Notes under the pieces: generated by a model
Databases searched by the model: none
Seen by the model: only the letters and a program-made list of their open reading frames with translations
What the model was told of the DNA's origin: nothing
DNA from: Patescibacteria group bacterium
Lineage (GTDB): Bacteria > Patescibacteriota > Patescibacteriia > JAXHNJ01
Direction: 5' to 3'
NCBI GenBank assembly: GCA_034520665.1
Contig: JAXHNJ010000001.1
Span: 386,579 to 450,578 of the forward strand
DNA length: 64,000 bases
Translations under genes and position numbers: made by a program
Shown here: positions 1 to 9,208 of the stretch, in pieces
How the letters are laid out: every line of letters begins with the position of its first letter
Numbering within the stretch: the stretch's first letter is position 1

Positions 1-30
1 AATTGAATAAGGTAATTTCATGTACAAATA

Positions 31-2607
31 ATGGCAAAAATTAAGAAAAAAAAACTAGAAGATAACATTTCAGTATTTTCGAATACTCTGCCATATTGGG
101 CAAAATATTTAGCAAAAAACATCTCAAATGCCTATATAATCAACGATGATATTTTGGATGCTGCTTATAATTATTTTCTTGAAGATGAAGGTCTTAAAGA
201 AAAAAGTACTAGACCAAATATAGTTGTAGACCCTATAAGTGCCCATGAATCTGGTTATAAAAAGAATCTTGTGTTGAAAAAAATAAAAAATGTTGAAGGA
301 GTAAATATATTAGCAGAGGAACAATTAATTAAGTGCGGACCAAATATAACGATCATATATGGTAAAACAGGTTCTGGTAAAACAGGGTATGGTAGATTAT
401 TAAAAAAAACATTTTTTTCTAGAAGCGAAGAAGATATCATTCCTAATATTAATGTGGTAGGCAAACATAAGAATATTACTGCCAAATTTGCTTTTGAATC
501 AGAAGACGATATATATGAATTGAAATATCCTGATGATGCTGATAAGCCAGAATTTCGTCAATTTGCTGTTTTCGATAATAATAGCGTCAAAATTCATCTC
601 GATGAGAGAAATAAATTTGAATTTAGGCCAAAGAGTCTAGAATTTTTTGGCAAATTGAATGATGCTATCGAAAAGATAAAAACAAAATTGGATTTTGATA
701 TAGTTGAAAAACAACGATCTAAAGACTATCTGGGTTTATTTGATGGTGAATCCGATATTAATAATTTAATAACTAATATTTCAGACAAAACTAAGATTAA
801 AGATTTAGATAAACATTTACCGTTTACAGAAATTGACAAAGAAGCAATAAAAACACTAGAAGAGGAGAAGATTAAGTTACTAACTCTCAAAAAAGTTAAG
901 GAAATAGATGAATTGGACAGAATTAAAGGTCTTATTGCTAATTTAAAGTTATTAATAAACGATGTAAACAAACTCTTGAATGAGTCAAAAATTCTCGAAG
1001 TAAAGGAAGCTATTAAAAACTATGCTAAAAAGCATAACCTTACTAAGAAAGAAGGATTGGATAATTTTAAATCTGACTCAATAAAGAATATTGGTAGTAA
1101 AGAATGGAAAAATTTTATTCAAGCTGCTGATAAGTTTGCTAAAATTCAGTATTCTAAATATCCCAAAGAAGATGATAAGTGTATTCTTTGTCAACAAACT
1201 CTGTCTGAGGAAGCAATAGATTTAATTAATAGGTACAGAATTTTTATCAAGAGTCAAGCTGAAGTAGAAGAACAAGATGCACTTAAGCAAATTGATAAGC
1301 TGAAAGAAATATATAAAGAATTAAATTTAGATTTATTTAATTCAAACGATATTTTAACTATATGGTTATCTGAAAATAAACCAACTATCCTAACCGAATT
1401 GAAAAAAACAATTAATTCTCAAAAAAAATTAGTCAAAAGTATAACTGCCGATTTAAAAACAAAATCTTATTCTGCTAAAAAAGAACTGAAAATAGATGTT
1501 ACAGATTTAGATATAATTGTAACTGAATTAAAAAGTAGGATAAAGAAACTTGAAAATAAAGAACCAAAAAAAGAAATAAAAGAAATAAATAAGAAAATTG
1601 ATTATTTGAAACACAAAGAAAAATTATCACAACACGAACCAAGTATAAAAAAATATATCAATAAACTAAAGTGGGCAAAAGCTGCTGAGAGAAAAAAAAG
1701 TAAATTGTCATCAATAAAATCTAAAAGTACAAAGGAGGAGAAAAGATTATCTGTAATATATTTTAGTGGTGCTTATATCAAATCCTTTAAAAAAGAATGC
1801 AAAAGATTGAGAGGTAATTTTGGGGTTGAAATTAAGTATACCGGTTCATCTGGAACTTCATTTCGTGAATTAAAAATCAAAAAATATTGTCCTTCTGGTA
1901 TTTTAAGTGAAGGAGAACAGAAGGTAATATCATTAGCGGATTTTATTTCAGAGATTAGATTATCCGGTGTAAATAAAGGCATTATTTTTGATGATCCAGT
2001 TACATCTTTAGACGACGAGAGAAAAGAAAATATTGCTAAAAGACTGGCCGCTGAATCTAAAGAAAGACAGGTTATTATTTTTACTCACGATTTAGTTTTT
2101 CTACATGCACTTATTAGTGGTTGTGCTGATGAAGCAGTAAAACGATCATGTCATTGGATTGAGCAATTAGATGGTGAGGCAGGAAAAATTTCAATAGATT
2201 GTTCACCGGCACTAGAAAAAAAATATAAAAAACCCACAAAAGCACAAATTTATTATAAGAAAGCTAAAAATTCCAATCCACAAGATAGAGAAGTTGATAT
2301 AAAAAACGGCTTTACTTCATTGAGAACTTCGTATGAAGCTCTTGTTATTTTTGAACTGTTTGGAGGAGTTGTAGAAAGATTTAGTGATAGAATAAAAATG
2401 GGTAATTTAGAAAAGGTTATATTTAATGTTAAAATAAGAGATAAAATACTTGATAGTTTTGCTAAATGCTGCCGATTTATGGAAGGCCACTTACATAGTG
2501 ATAAATATTCATATAAAAAGCCAACTTTAGAAGATTTGAATAATGAGATAAATAGATTTATTGAAACTAAGAAAGAACTAAAAGATTTAATAAAATCACA
2601 AAAATAA
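31..2607 (+). CDS. Rad50/RloC-like ABC (AAA) ATPase with zinc hook and putative C-terminal HEPN domain
   Basis: Walker A GKTGSGKT, long coiled coil with central CxxC (CILC), signature LSEGE, Walker B IIFDDP, H-loop FTHD; C-terminal RTSYE...RFMEGH (Rx4H). Confidence 0.7.
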   Translation: MAKIKKKKLEDNISVFSNTLPYWAKYLAKNISNAYIINDDILDAAYNYFLEDEGLKEKSTRPNIVVDPISAHESGYKKNLVLKKIKNVEGVNILAEEQLIKCGPNITIIYGKTGSGKTGYGRLLKKTFFSRSEEDIIPNINVVGKHKNITAKFAFESEDDIYELKYPDDADKPEFRQFAVFDNNSVKIHLDERNKFEFRPKSLEFFGKLNDAIEKIKTKLDFDIVEKQRSKDYLGLFDGESDINNLITNISDKTKIKDLDKHLPFTEIDKEAIKTLEEEKIKLLTLKKVKEIDELDRIKGLIANLKLLINDVNKLLNESKILEVKEAIKNYAKKHNLTKKEGLDNFKSDSIKNIGSKEWKNFIQAADKFAKIQYSKYPKEDDKCILCQQTLSEEAIDLINRYRIFIKSQAEVEEQDALKQIDKLKEIYKELNLDLFNSNDILTIWLSENKPTILTELKKTINSQKKLVKSITADLKTKSYSAKKELKIDVTDLDIIVTELKSRIKKLENKEPKKEIKEINKKIDYLKHKEKLSQHEPSIKKYINKLKWAKAAERKKSKLSSIKSKSTKEEKRLSVIYFSGAYIKSFKKECKRLRGNFGVEIKYTGSSGTSFRELKIKKYCPSGILSEGEQKVISLADFISEIRLSGVNKGIIFDDPVTSLDDERKENIAKRLAAESKERQVIIFTHDLVFLHALISGCADEAVKRSCHWIEQLDGEAGKISIDCSPALEKKYKKPTKAQIYYKKAKNSNPQDREVDIKNGFTSLRTSYEALVIFELFGGVVERFSDRIKMGNLEKVIFNVKIRDKILDSFAKCCRFMEGHLHSDKYSYKKPTLEDLNNEINRFIETKKELKDLIKSQK

Positions 2608-2611
2608 TACA

Positions 2612-3235
2612 ATGGACATATTATTGAGAAAGATAGATAATAAAATAGATAAGTTATGTGTCAGATTTCAAGAGAATAAGGGTTATATCTTGACCGAAAG
2701 CGATTTAAAGTGTGCGATATATTCAGAATTAGTAAAAATTTCTATACTAAACAAATTTACACAAACGGAAGACAGGGACATTTTTTCAAATCCTGTCCAT
2801 ACAGAATTATCCTGGTATGATGAAAACGATAAATTAAATATTATTCCAGATATAACTATATTAGAACCAAAAAACCTAAGTATTTTGCATTATAAGGGAA
2901 GGCCTGGGGTAAAATTGCCAAGTAAACAATGTTCGTTTTGGGGAAATGCAATCGTATTTGAATTAAAGTTCATTCGTAACAAAAAAGGTATTACACCTAA
3001 AACAATTCACGAATTACAAAAGGATTACCTAAAAGTTATTAGACTAATAGAAATATTCAGTCGACATGGAAGTTCTAATGAATTATTTGTATTTCTTATA
3101 GTATTTAACAAAACAAATATCGTATGTAATGAATTCAAAGATTTTATGAAAGATGTTGATAAAAATCGAAGAGTAAGGTTGCTGTACAAAACAGGAAATG
3201 CAAAATTTCCTTCTTTTAACCAGCATCCAAACTAA
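2612..3235 (+). CDS. Hypothetical protein, putative PD-(D/E)XK nuclease fold
   Basis: TESDL helix, IPDITI and FELK motifs; starts 4 nt after the ATPase stop. Confidence 0.55.
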   Translation: MDILLRKIDNKIDKLCVRFQENKGYILTESDLKCAIYSELVKISILNKFTQTEDRDIFSNPVHTELSWYDENDKLNIIPDITILEPKNLSILHYKGRPGVKLPSKQCSFWGNAIVFELKFIRNKKGITPKTIHELQKDYLKVIRLIEIFSRHGSSNELFVFLIVFNKTNIVCNEFKDFMKDVDKNRRVRLLYKTGNAKFPSFNQHPN

Positions 3236-3321
3236 TTCGCGTAAATTCTTATAACTATTGTAAAATAAACATTTTAAACTAACAGGTTTTTTGGGCCTAT
3301 TTTTATTTAGATTAGGTATAT

Positions 3322-4287
3322 TTACTTATTCTTCAAAGGATGAAACTTCTTCATTGTTTTCTCGGCGTAGCGGTCAGACGCATGAACATACCTTGTGGTG
3401 GTGTCTAATGACTCATGGCCGAGTAATATTTGTATAGCGGCCGGATTAGCCCCTTGCTCGGCTAAATAAGTAGCAAAGCCATGGCGCAAAGAATGAGCCG
3501 AAGTCGGTACATTAATTTTTAGTCTTTCGCGGTAATGTTTTATTTTATCTTGAAGATAGTTAATAGAAATTCTTTTTTCGTGTTTTGAGGCCCTTTGACC
3601 GCGGTAAGGAATAAAAAGAGCCGGTGAATCATCGGTGCGGATATCTAAGTATTTATTTAAATGATCCTGGGCCCGCGGGGTTAGATAAACAAATCTTTCT
3701 TTTTTGCCTTTACCCATAACAAATATCTTGCCGGTTTTGTCAATTTGATCGCGGTTTAAATTAACCAGTTCCGAGATACGCAGGCCGGTGGAAAACATAA
3801 CCTCCAGCATGGCCCGGTTGCGCCGAGCTACTTTTTTATTTTTTTCAAAATTTGTCGGGGCTTTGATAAGTTTAATAAGGTCTTCCAGCTCAGCTACTCG
3901 GGGATGTTTTTTTTCAGTTTTAGTTAACTTAACCATCTCCGGCGAAATAGGGGAGTGGTATTCATTATCAATAATATATTTTAGATAAGAACGCAAAGAA
4001 GAAAGCATCCGGTTTATTGAGTATGAACCAAGTTTCTTTTGCCCTTGATCATGTTCAGCCGTCTGTCGATCGATTGAAGTGAGGTAGGCTTTATATTGTT
4101 CAATATCTTTTCTTTTCAGATTTTTAAACTTTAAATGATTATCTTTTAAATAATCTTCAAAAACTTTTAAATCTCTCTCGTAATTGTAAATAGTTTTGTC
4201 GGAATAGTTATTTGTCTGCAACATAAGCAGGTAATCATCAAAATACGGCAGAGAAGGGCTGTTTTTGGTTTTATTAGATTTAGTCAT
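3322..4287 (-). CDS. XerC/XerD-family tyrosine recombinase
   Basis: N-terminal SAM-like core-binding domain, TGLRISEL, GKGKKER, HSLRHGFAT, LLGH and catalytic Tyr in TTRYVH. Confidence 0.92.
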   Translation of the reverse strand: MTKSNKTKNSPSLPYFDDYLLMLQTNNYSDKTIYNYERDLKVFEDYLKDNHLKFKNLKRKDIEQYKAYLTSIDRQTAEHDQGQKKLGSYSINRMLSSLRSYLKYIIDNEYHSPISPEMVKLTKTEKKHPRVAELEDLIKLIKAPTNFEKNKKVARRNRAMLEVMFSTGLRISELVNLNRDQIDKTGKIFVMGKGKKERFVYLTPRAQDHLNKYLDIRTDDSPALFIPYRGQRASKHEKRISINYLQDKIKHYRERLKINVPTSAHSLRHGFATYLAEQGANPAAIQILLGHESLDTTTRYVHASDRYAEKTMKKFHPLKNK

Positions 4288-4329
4288 ATTTTATTGAGTG
4301 TAAGGGATATTATACCCAGTTATATTATT

Positions 4330-4358
4330 ATTGTAATACAGCCTCTTTTAGCTGTCAA
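4330..4358 (-). promoter_or_regulatory. sigma70 promoter of the xer gene
   Basis: Minus strand TTGACA-17 nt-TACAAT. Confidence 0.75.
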
Positions 4359-4864
4359 GGGGACTTTTTTATTAATTACACCTATAATAGGTCTATTTAA
4401 TATTTTTATATCAATTCTACTCTTCTGCTCTTAAATAATTTTATTTAATCATTTTATGGCTTTTATAAAAAATTTATGTATTATTATGAATATTATTTAT
4501 AACTCTATCAAATTTTAAAATAATTAGATACTTATATCTATCCGGAGTTATTTTAAGGCCCTTAAATCGCCGCTTATTTATCCGATATTTATACTAATTG
4601 AACCAAACAAGATTTTAATCTCTTTTTAATATACCATTCCCCTCTTGGTTATAAAAAAATTTTAAGTTTAAAGTAATTAACTATTTAAAGAATATAGTGA
4701 CTAACCTATTATTTATTAATATTGATAGTTAGTTTTAGTGTCGCAAAATATATGAGAAATTTTTATAAAACGAATTAAACGTTTAATTATAGTGATAATT
4801 ATTTTTTTAGGCGTTAACAAAAGGTTTATCTCCGCTACGAGTCTCAATTAGTCCTCTAAAATAT

Positions 4865-5671
4865 TTATAATATTTTCTTAATCTCATTTATTTCAGCAGC
4901 GGCTGCCTCTTCACCCCGTTTGATCAGCTTTTTAGTATTTTTCTGAGCAAAGAATTTTTCTAAACCGACTATCCGGTCACCGCCAACTTTCGGCTCAATA
5001 ATAATATCAGCTTGGTCCATAGATAGTTTAGCTAAACTGGAAGCAACAATATTATAGGAGCGCATAGCTAGCTTAATCATAGAAATATTCTTATGAAAAT
5101 TAAGTTTATGGGGAAAATAGCCGTTTTCAATATTAACAGCCAGGATTATATCAGCCCCCATATTTTTAACCTCGTTATCCGGTACTGGATCAACTAAGCC
5201 GCCATCAGCTAAAAGTCTTTTTTGATAATAGATGGGATCAAAAATTAAAGGGGCCGAAAAGCTAGCTCGGATGGCTTTGATTAAATTACCAGCATTTAAA
5301 ATGACCTTCTGACACTTATTTATATCCGTGGTAATCACCGCCAGCGGAATCTTGAGTTCTTTGAAACTATTGACGGTGAGAAAATTATTTATAAATTTTT
5401 CTAATTTTTTACCTTTAATTAAACCGCCTTTTTTGCCAAAATCTAAAATTGATAATCCGGTTTTCCAGTCCGCTTCTAGTATTGTCTTTTCCACTTTTTT
5501 AATATCTAAGCAAGAAGCATAAAAAGCCCCGATTAAAGCACCAATGGAGGAACCAGCTATATAATCGATAGGTATATTATTTTTTTCTAAAACTTTAATA
5601 ACACCAATATGAGCTAGACCGCGAAATCCGCCGGAACCCAAGGCCAAACCAATTTTTTTTCTTTTAATCAT
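4865..5671 (-). CDS. Patatin-like phospholipase (RssA/NTE family)
   Basis: GSGGFRG oxyanion motif, GSSIG nucleophile, DGG motif. Confidence 0.9.
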   Translation of the reverse strand: MIKRKKIGLALGSGGFRGLAHIGVIKVLEKNNIPIDYIAGSSIGALIGAFYASCLDIKKVEKTILEADWKTGLSILDFGKKGGLIKGKKLEKFINNFLTVNSFKELKIPLAVITTDINKCQKVILNAGNLIKAIRASFSAPLIFDPIYYQKRLLADGGLVDPVPDNEVKNMGADIILAVNIENGYFPHKLNFHKNISMIKLAMRSYNIVASSLAKLSMDQADIIIEPKVGGDRIVGLEKFFAQKNTKKLIKRGEEAAAAEINEIKKIL

Positions 5672-5756
5672 AGATTAAAATTACTTATTTTTATTTTCGT
5701 AATTTTGGATAGCTTTTAATAAGGTGTCAGCGTCCAAGTTTGAACAGAAATATATA

Positions 5757-5815
5757 TTGACTATGAAAATCGCTTTTGATATGATAATATCATCGTTCTT
5801 CATAAAATAAGGAGG
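5757..5815 (+). promoter_or_regulatory. Promoter, boxA-like motif and strong SD of the GNAT-like gene
   Basis: TTGACT-17-TATGAT, GTTCTTCATAA at 5795-5805, AAGGAGG ahead of ATG 5822. Confidence 0.6.
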
Positions 5816-5821
5816 AAAAAC

Positions 5822-6283
5822 ATGATCGATATTATTGATTTTCAGCCGAAGTATTTCGAGAATATGGTAACTTGTTACCAATTTGGTTTTCCGGAGGGAC
5901 ATAATCGTTATACTCTCGGTCGTTTAGCGCGATGGCAGAGAGATACAATCATTTTGGCTCGTCATAATAAAACAGTTGTTGGCGTGTTAATCGGTATTAT
6001 CTCGTATCAGGAAGCCTGGTTTACTGCACTGACGGTATTGCCGACTGTACCCTTGTTAGATAAATGTTCTCTTCATCTTGTTAAAGCCATGGCGCTTCGA
6101 TTCATCGAACTAGGCTTTACTGAAGCCTACTTTACTACTGTGCGTCGTAGTGTGCTTCGATTAGCGAAGCGAATCAAAGCTACAAAAATACAAACAGTTC
6201 CTCATTGCTACTATGATGGTAATAAACGACATCTTATCACTGTATCTACAGAAAATCTCCCGTTCATTAATCAGTTACTCTAA
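5822..6283 (+). CDS. Hypothetical protein, GNAT acetyltransferase-like fold
   Basis: ILARHNKTVVGVL...AWFTALTVLP beta-strand pattern and YYDG near the C-terminus (RimI-like); acetyl-CoA motif A (R/QxxGxG) is not evident. Confidence 0.55.
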   Translation: MIDIIDFQPKYFENMVTCYQFGFPEGHNRYTLGRLARWQRDTIILARHNKTVVGVLIGIISYQEAWFTALTVLPTVPLLDKCSLHLVKAMALRFIELGFTEAYFTTVRRSVLRLAKRIKATKIQTVPHCYYDGNKRHLITVSTENLPFINQLL

Positions 6284-6294
6284 ATGTTTAATAC

Positions 6295-6325
6295 AAGCTA
6301 AAGCATACCAAGCTTTAGCTTTTTC
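6295..6325 (+). terminator. Intrinsic terminator
   Basis: AAGCTAAAGC-ATACCAA-GCTTTAGCTT followed by a T run, 12 nt after the stop. Confidence 0.7.
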
Positions 6326-6455
6326 TTTAATATCTAAACACACAAAAAATCAAGAATATTTACTGGTATATACTAATATTAGCATTAAAAGAATTGTTTG
6401 AGTTTATGATTTACCTTCTCTTTAAAGTAATGAAATTTTATTATAATTAAATAAT

Positions 6456-6824
6456 TTATTTCTTTTTCTTTTCGTAATCCTCAATCGCTTTTTTCAAGGC
6501 GTCAGCCGCTAGGTTTGAACAATGCATTTTTATTGTTGGCAAGCCACCAAGTTGGTCAGCAATATCTTCGCGGGTAATTTTACTAGCTTGTTCAAGAGTT
6601 TTACCTTTAGCTAATTCAGTAATCATAGAAGAAGTAGCAATCGCGGCCCCGCAGCCAAGAGTTTCAAACTTAATATCTTTAATTTTATTATCTTTAACCT
6701 TAATATAAATTTTCATGATATCCCCGCAGGTGGGATTACCGACCTCTCCGACGCCATCCGGTTTTTTCATTTGACCTAAGTTACGCGGATTTTGAAAATG
6801 GTCAAGAACTTTTTTAGTATACAT
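6456..6824 (-). CDS. iscU: Fe-S cluster scaffold protein, NifU/IscU type
   Basis: YTKKVLDHFQNPRN, GNPTCGD, GCGAAIA, KMHCSNLA (three conserved Cys). Confidence 0.9.
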   Translation of the reverse strand: MYTKKVLDHFQNPRNLGQMKKPDGVGEVGNPTCGDIMKIYIKVKDNKIKDIKFETLGCGAAIATSSMITELAKGKTLEQASKITREDIADQLGGLPTIKMHCSNLAADALKKAIEDYEKKKK

Positions 6825-6908
6825 GGATTTGGTTAATTAGTGATTAGTTAATTTTAATTAGGGATTAGTTGGAAAATTTGTCGAGTGTCTAATGTCTGTG
6901 GTCCTTAA

Positions 6909-8186
6909 TTATACTAAATTCTGCCAGAAAAACCAACCAATTAACCATGAGACAGTTACAGCTGATAAAGTAAAAGGTAGTCCGATTTTGAAAAATTGCC
7001 AAAAACTGATATCTTCACCAGCTTTTTTCTTGGCAATACCAACCGAAACAATATTAGCCGACGCTCCTATGGGAGTAATATTACCACCCACTGAAGCTCC
7101 AAGCAAGAGTGAAAAATAAAATAAATAAGGACTAACCCCCAAATGAACCGCTAAACCGGCGGTTACGGGTAGCATTATTAGTATATAGGGAACATTATCA
7201 ATAACAGCGCTGATAATAACTGAAAACCAGAGAATTATAGAGTAGGTTAAAAATACATTGCCAGCGGTTAGGGATTTCATAGTACTAGTTAAGGCCTCAA
7301 TTATACCACCAGACTCCAACGAACCAACTATTATAAAAATACAGAACAAAAATACCGAAGTGTTCCAATCCAATGGTTTCAACAGCCCGGGCAAGGTATG
7401 AATATCCTCTTTTATTAATAACCAGATCAAACCGATTAAAGCGTAAGCTAAAGTAATAATACCGGCTAAATAATGGAATTGTGAGCCATAAATTGAGGCT
7501 AGAGCTAAGGAAATAATTAATAAAATTATTAAAATAGTGGGAGTCCAAGACTTAACATTCACCTTATAAAGTTCCCCCACTCCCCGCGTATGGCGGCGAA
7601 AGATTAGATACAAAACAAATATAGAGATAATGGCCCCGGCCTGAACAGCAAAAAATATCCCGGGAGAACCTTTAAACCAGAAAAAGTCATTAAAAGTCAT
7701 TTTAGAAAAACCGGCCAGAATCATACTCGGTGGATCACCGACTAAAGTGGCTGTTCCTTGCAGATTGGAACAAACCGCAATACCAATTAAAAAGGGGGCT
7801 ACCTTAATTCTTAAGTGTCTGGCTAAAGAAATAGCTAAAGGAGCGATAATTAATACAGTGGCTACATTTTCAACAAAAGCCGAAATAAAACTGGTTAAAG
7901 CACAAATAAGTATAAAGGCCATAGCGGTAGTTTTGGCTTTATTGGCCAGAGTACGGGCTAAAAAAGCGGGTACTCTTGAGTCTATAAATAGATCAGCTAA
8001 AACTAGCATGCCAACAAAGATAGCCATCACATTCCAATTAACAAAACTAAAGGCTTGTCCAGGGCTAATAGTGCCGCTTAATATAAGTAAAGCTGTGGCC
8101 AGGCCAACCACCAGAAGTTTATTTATTTTACCAAAAATAAGAAAAAGATAAGTAAATATAAAAATTGTCAGTATAAAATAGTTCAT
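6909..8186 (-). CDS. ArsB/NhaD/CitMHS (SLC13-like) ion transporter
   Basis: Many TM segments; SAFVENVATV, TLVGDPP, SAVIDNVP, GGNITPIGASAN motifs. Confidence 0.85.
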   Translation of the reverse strand: MNYFILTIFIFTYLFLIFGKINKLLVVGLATALLILSGTISPGQAFSFVNWNVMAIFVGMLVLADLFIDSRVPAFLARTLANKAKTTAMAFILICALTSFISAFVENVATVLIIAPLAISLARHLRIKVAPFLIGIAVCSNLQGTATLVGDPPSMILAGFSKMTFNDFFWFKGSPGIFFAVQAGAIISIFVLYLIFRRHTRGVGELYKVNVKSWTPTILIILLIISLALASIYGSQFHYLAGIITLAYALIGLIWLLIKEDIHTLPGLLKPLDWNTSVFLFCIFIIVGSLESGGIIEALTSTMKSLTAGNVFLTYSIILWFSVIISAVIDNVPYILIMLPVTAGLAVHLGVSPYLFYFSLLLGASVGGNITPIGASANIVSVGIAKKKAGEDISFWQFFKIGLPFTLSAVTVSWLIGWFFWQNLV

Positions 8187-9205
8187 TGGTAATATATTCT
8201 TCTGCCAAATCTAAGATCAATATATTTTAAATTTTCCTCCTGACCTTTTAACTCAGTTTTTAAAACCGTATTAAGTAAATTTATTTGGCTGTTAATATCC
8301 TCGGATACGTCAAAGTAAATAAGATATTCTTTTGTGGTTAGTACATTGATATAGTTGGTCTTTTTTAATTTTTCTTGTTCTAGACAATCTTGACTGTAAA
8401 TTGAATTAGTATTTTTATTTAGATTTAAATTTAGCTTAGAATTATTAGTGTTATTATTAGTCTGGCTATCAGAATTAGTATTGTTATTGGTATTGGTTTC
8501 ATTTTGCGGTATTAGAGGGCAAGTCATAACCGGGGTTTCAAAGCGCTCAATTTCAAGACCAATTGTGTTTAATGACTTTTTAATTTTTTCTAAATGACTG
8601 AGGATATCGTTATTTATAACTTTGTCTCCGGGACTAATATAAAACTCATTAACATCATAAATTAAAGGAAAGGCGGGATTAATTTTTTCTTTTTTGACAT
8701 CCTGGGCTACTACCCCCTCGCGGTTTATATAAAAATAATTATCTTTACGCTGCCAGGTTATTGAGGGAATAATTTCTTTTAAGGTAATTTTAACAGTGCG
8801 AGGAAATTTCTTTTTTAAGGTAAATTGATCCAGGCCAGTTTCTTTTTGAATTTGTTCTTTTAAAAGTCTTTCGGCCTTTTCATCATTAAACATAAAGAAG
8901 TTTTTTTGTGAGAAAACCAAAAAACGGTCCTTAGCCAGCTCTTGTTTTACCATTTGCTCAATAGACCCGGCTTTGGTTTTTTGGGCTCCATGAACCTTAA
9001 TAAATTGGATTTGAAAAACTTCTGAGAAAAATATTAAATAGCCCAAAGCAAAAAAAATAAGAATAAAAAATCCATAATGAACTTTTATTTTTCTTATAAA
9101 AATATCCAAAAAATTTTCTTTGGAAAAAAAAGGATTCTTATATTCTTTTTTTGGTTTATTTAAGGGTTTAACACGACGCCTTTTGCGGAATGGATTTAAG
9201 CGCAT
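8183..9205 (-). CDS. FtsQ/DivIB-like POTRA-domain cell division protein
   Basis: Single N-terminal TM, POTRA segment ending KKFPRTVKITLKE, C-terminal YIDLRFG motif; follows ddl. Confidence 0.75.
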   Translation of the reverse strand: MRLNPFRKRRRVKPLNKPKKEYKNPFFSKENFLDIFIRKIKVHYGFFILIFFALGYLIFFSEVFQIQFIKVHGAQKTKAGSIEQMVKQELAKDRFLVFSQKNFFMFNDEKAERLLKEQIQKETGLDQFTLKKKFPRTVKITLKEIIPSITWQRKDNYFYINREGVVAQDVKKEKINPAFPLIYDVNEFYISPGDKVINNDILSHLEKIKKSLNTIGLEIERFETPVMTCPLIPQNETNTNNNTNSDSQTNNNTNNSKLNLNLNKNTNSIYSQDCLEQEKLKKTNYINVLTTKEYLIYFDVSEDINSQINLLNTVLKTELKGQEENLKYIDLRFGRRIYYQ

Positions 9206-9208
9206 AGC

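Noticed and set aside
3322-4287. Integron integrase or prophage integrase
   Set aside because: No IntI-specific insertion, no attC sites seen, no arm-binding domain or phage genes; length and motifs are Xer-like
4360-4864. AT-rich gap as oriC
   Set aside because: No DnaA-box cluster seen and no dnaA/dnaN nearby
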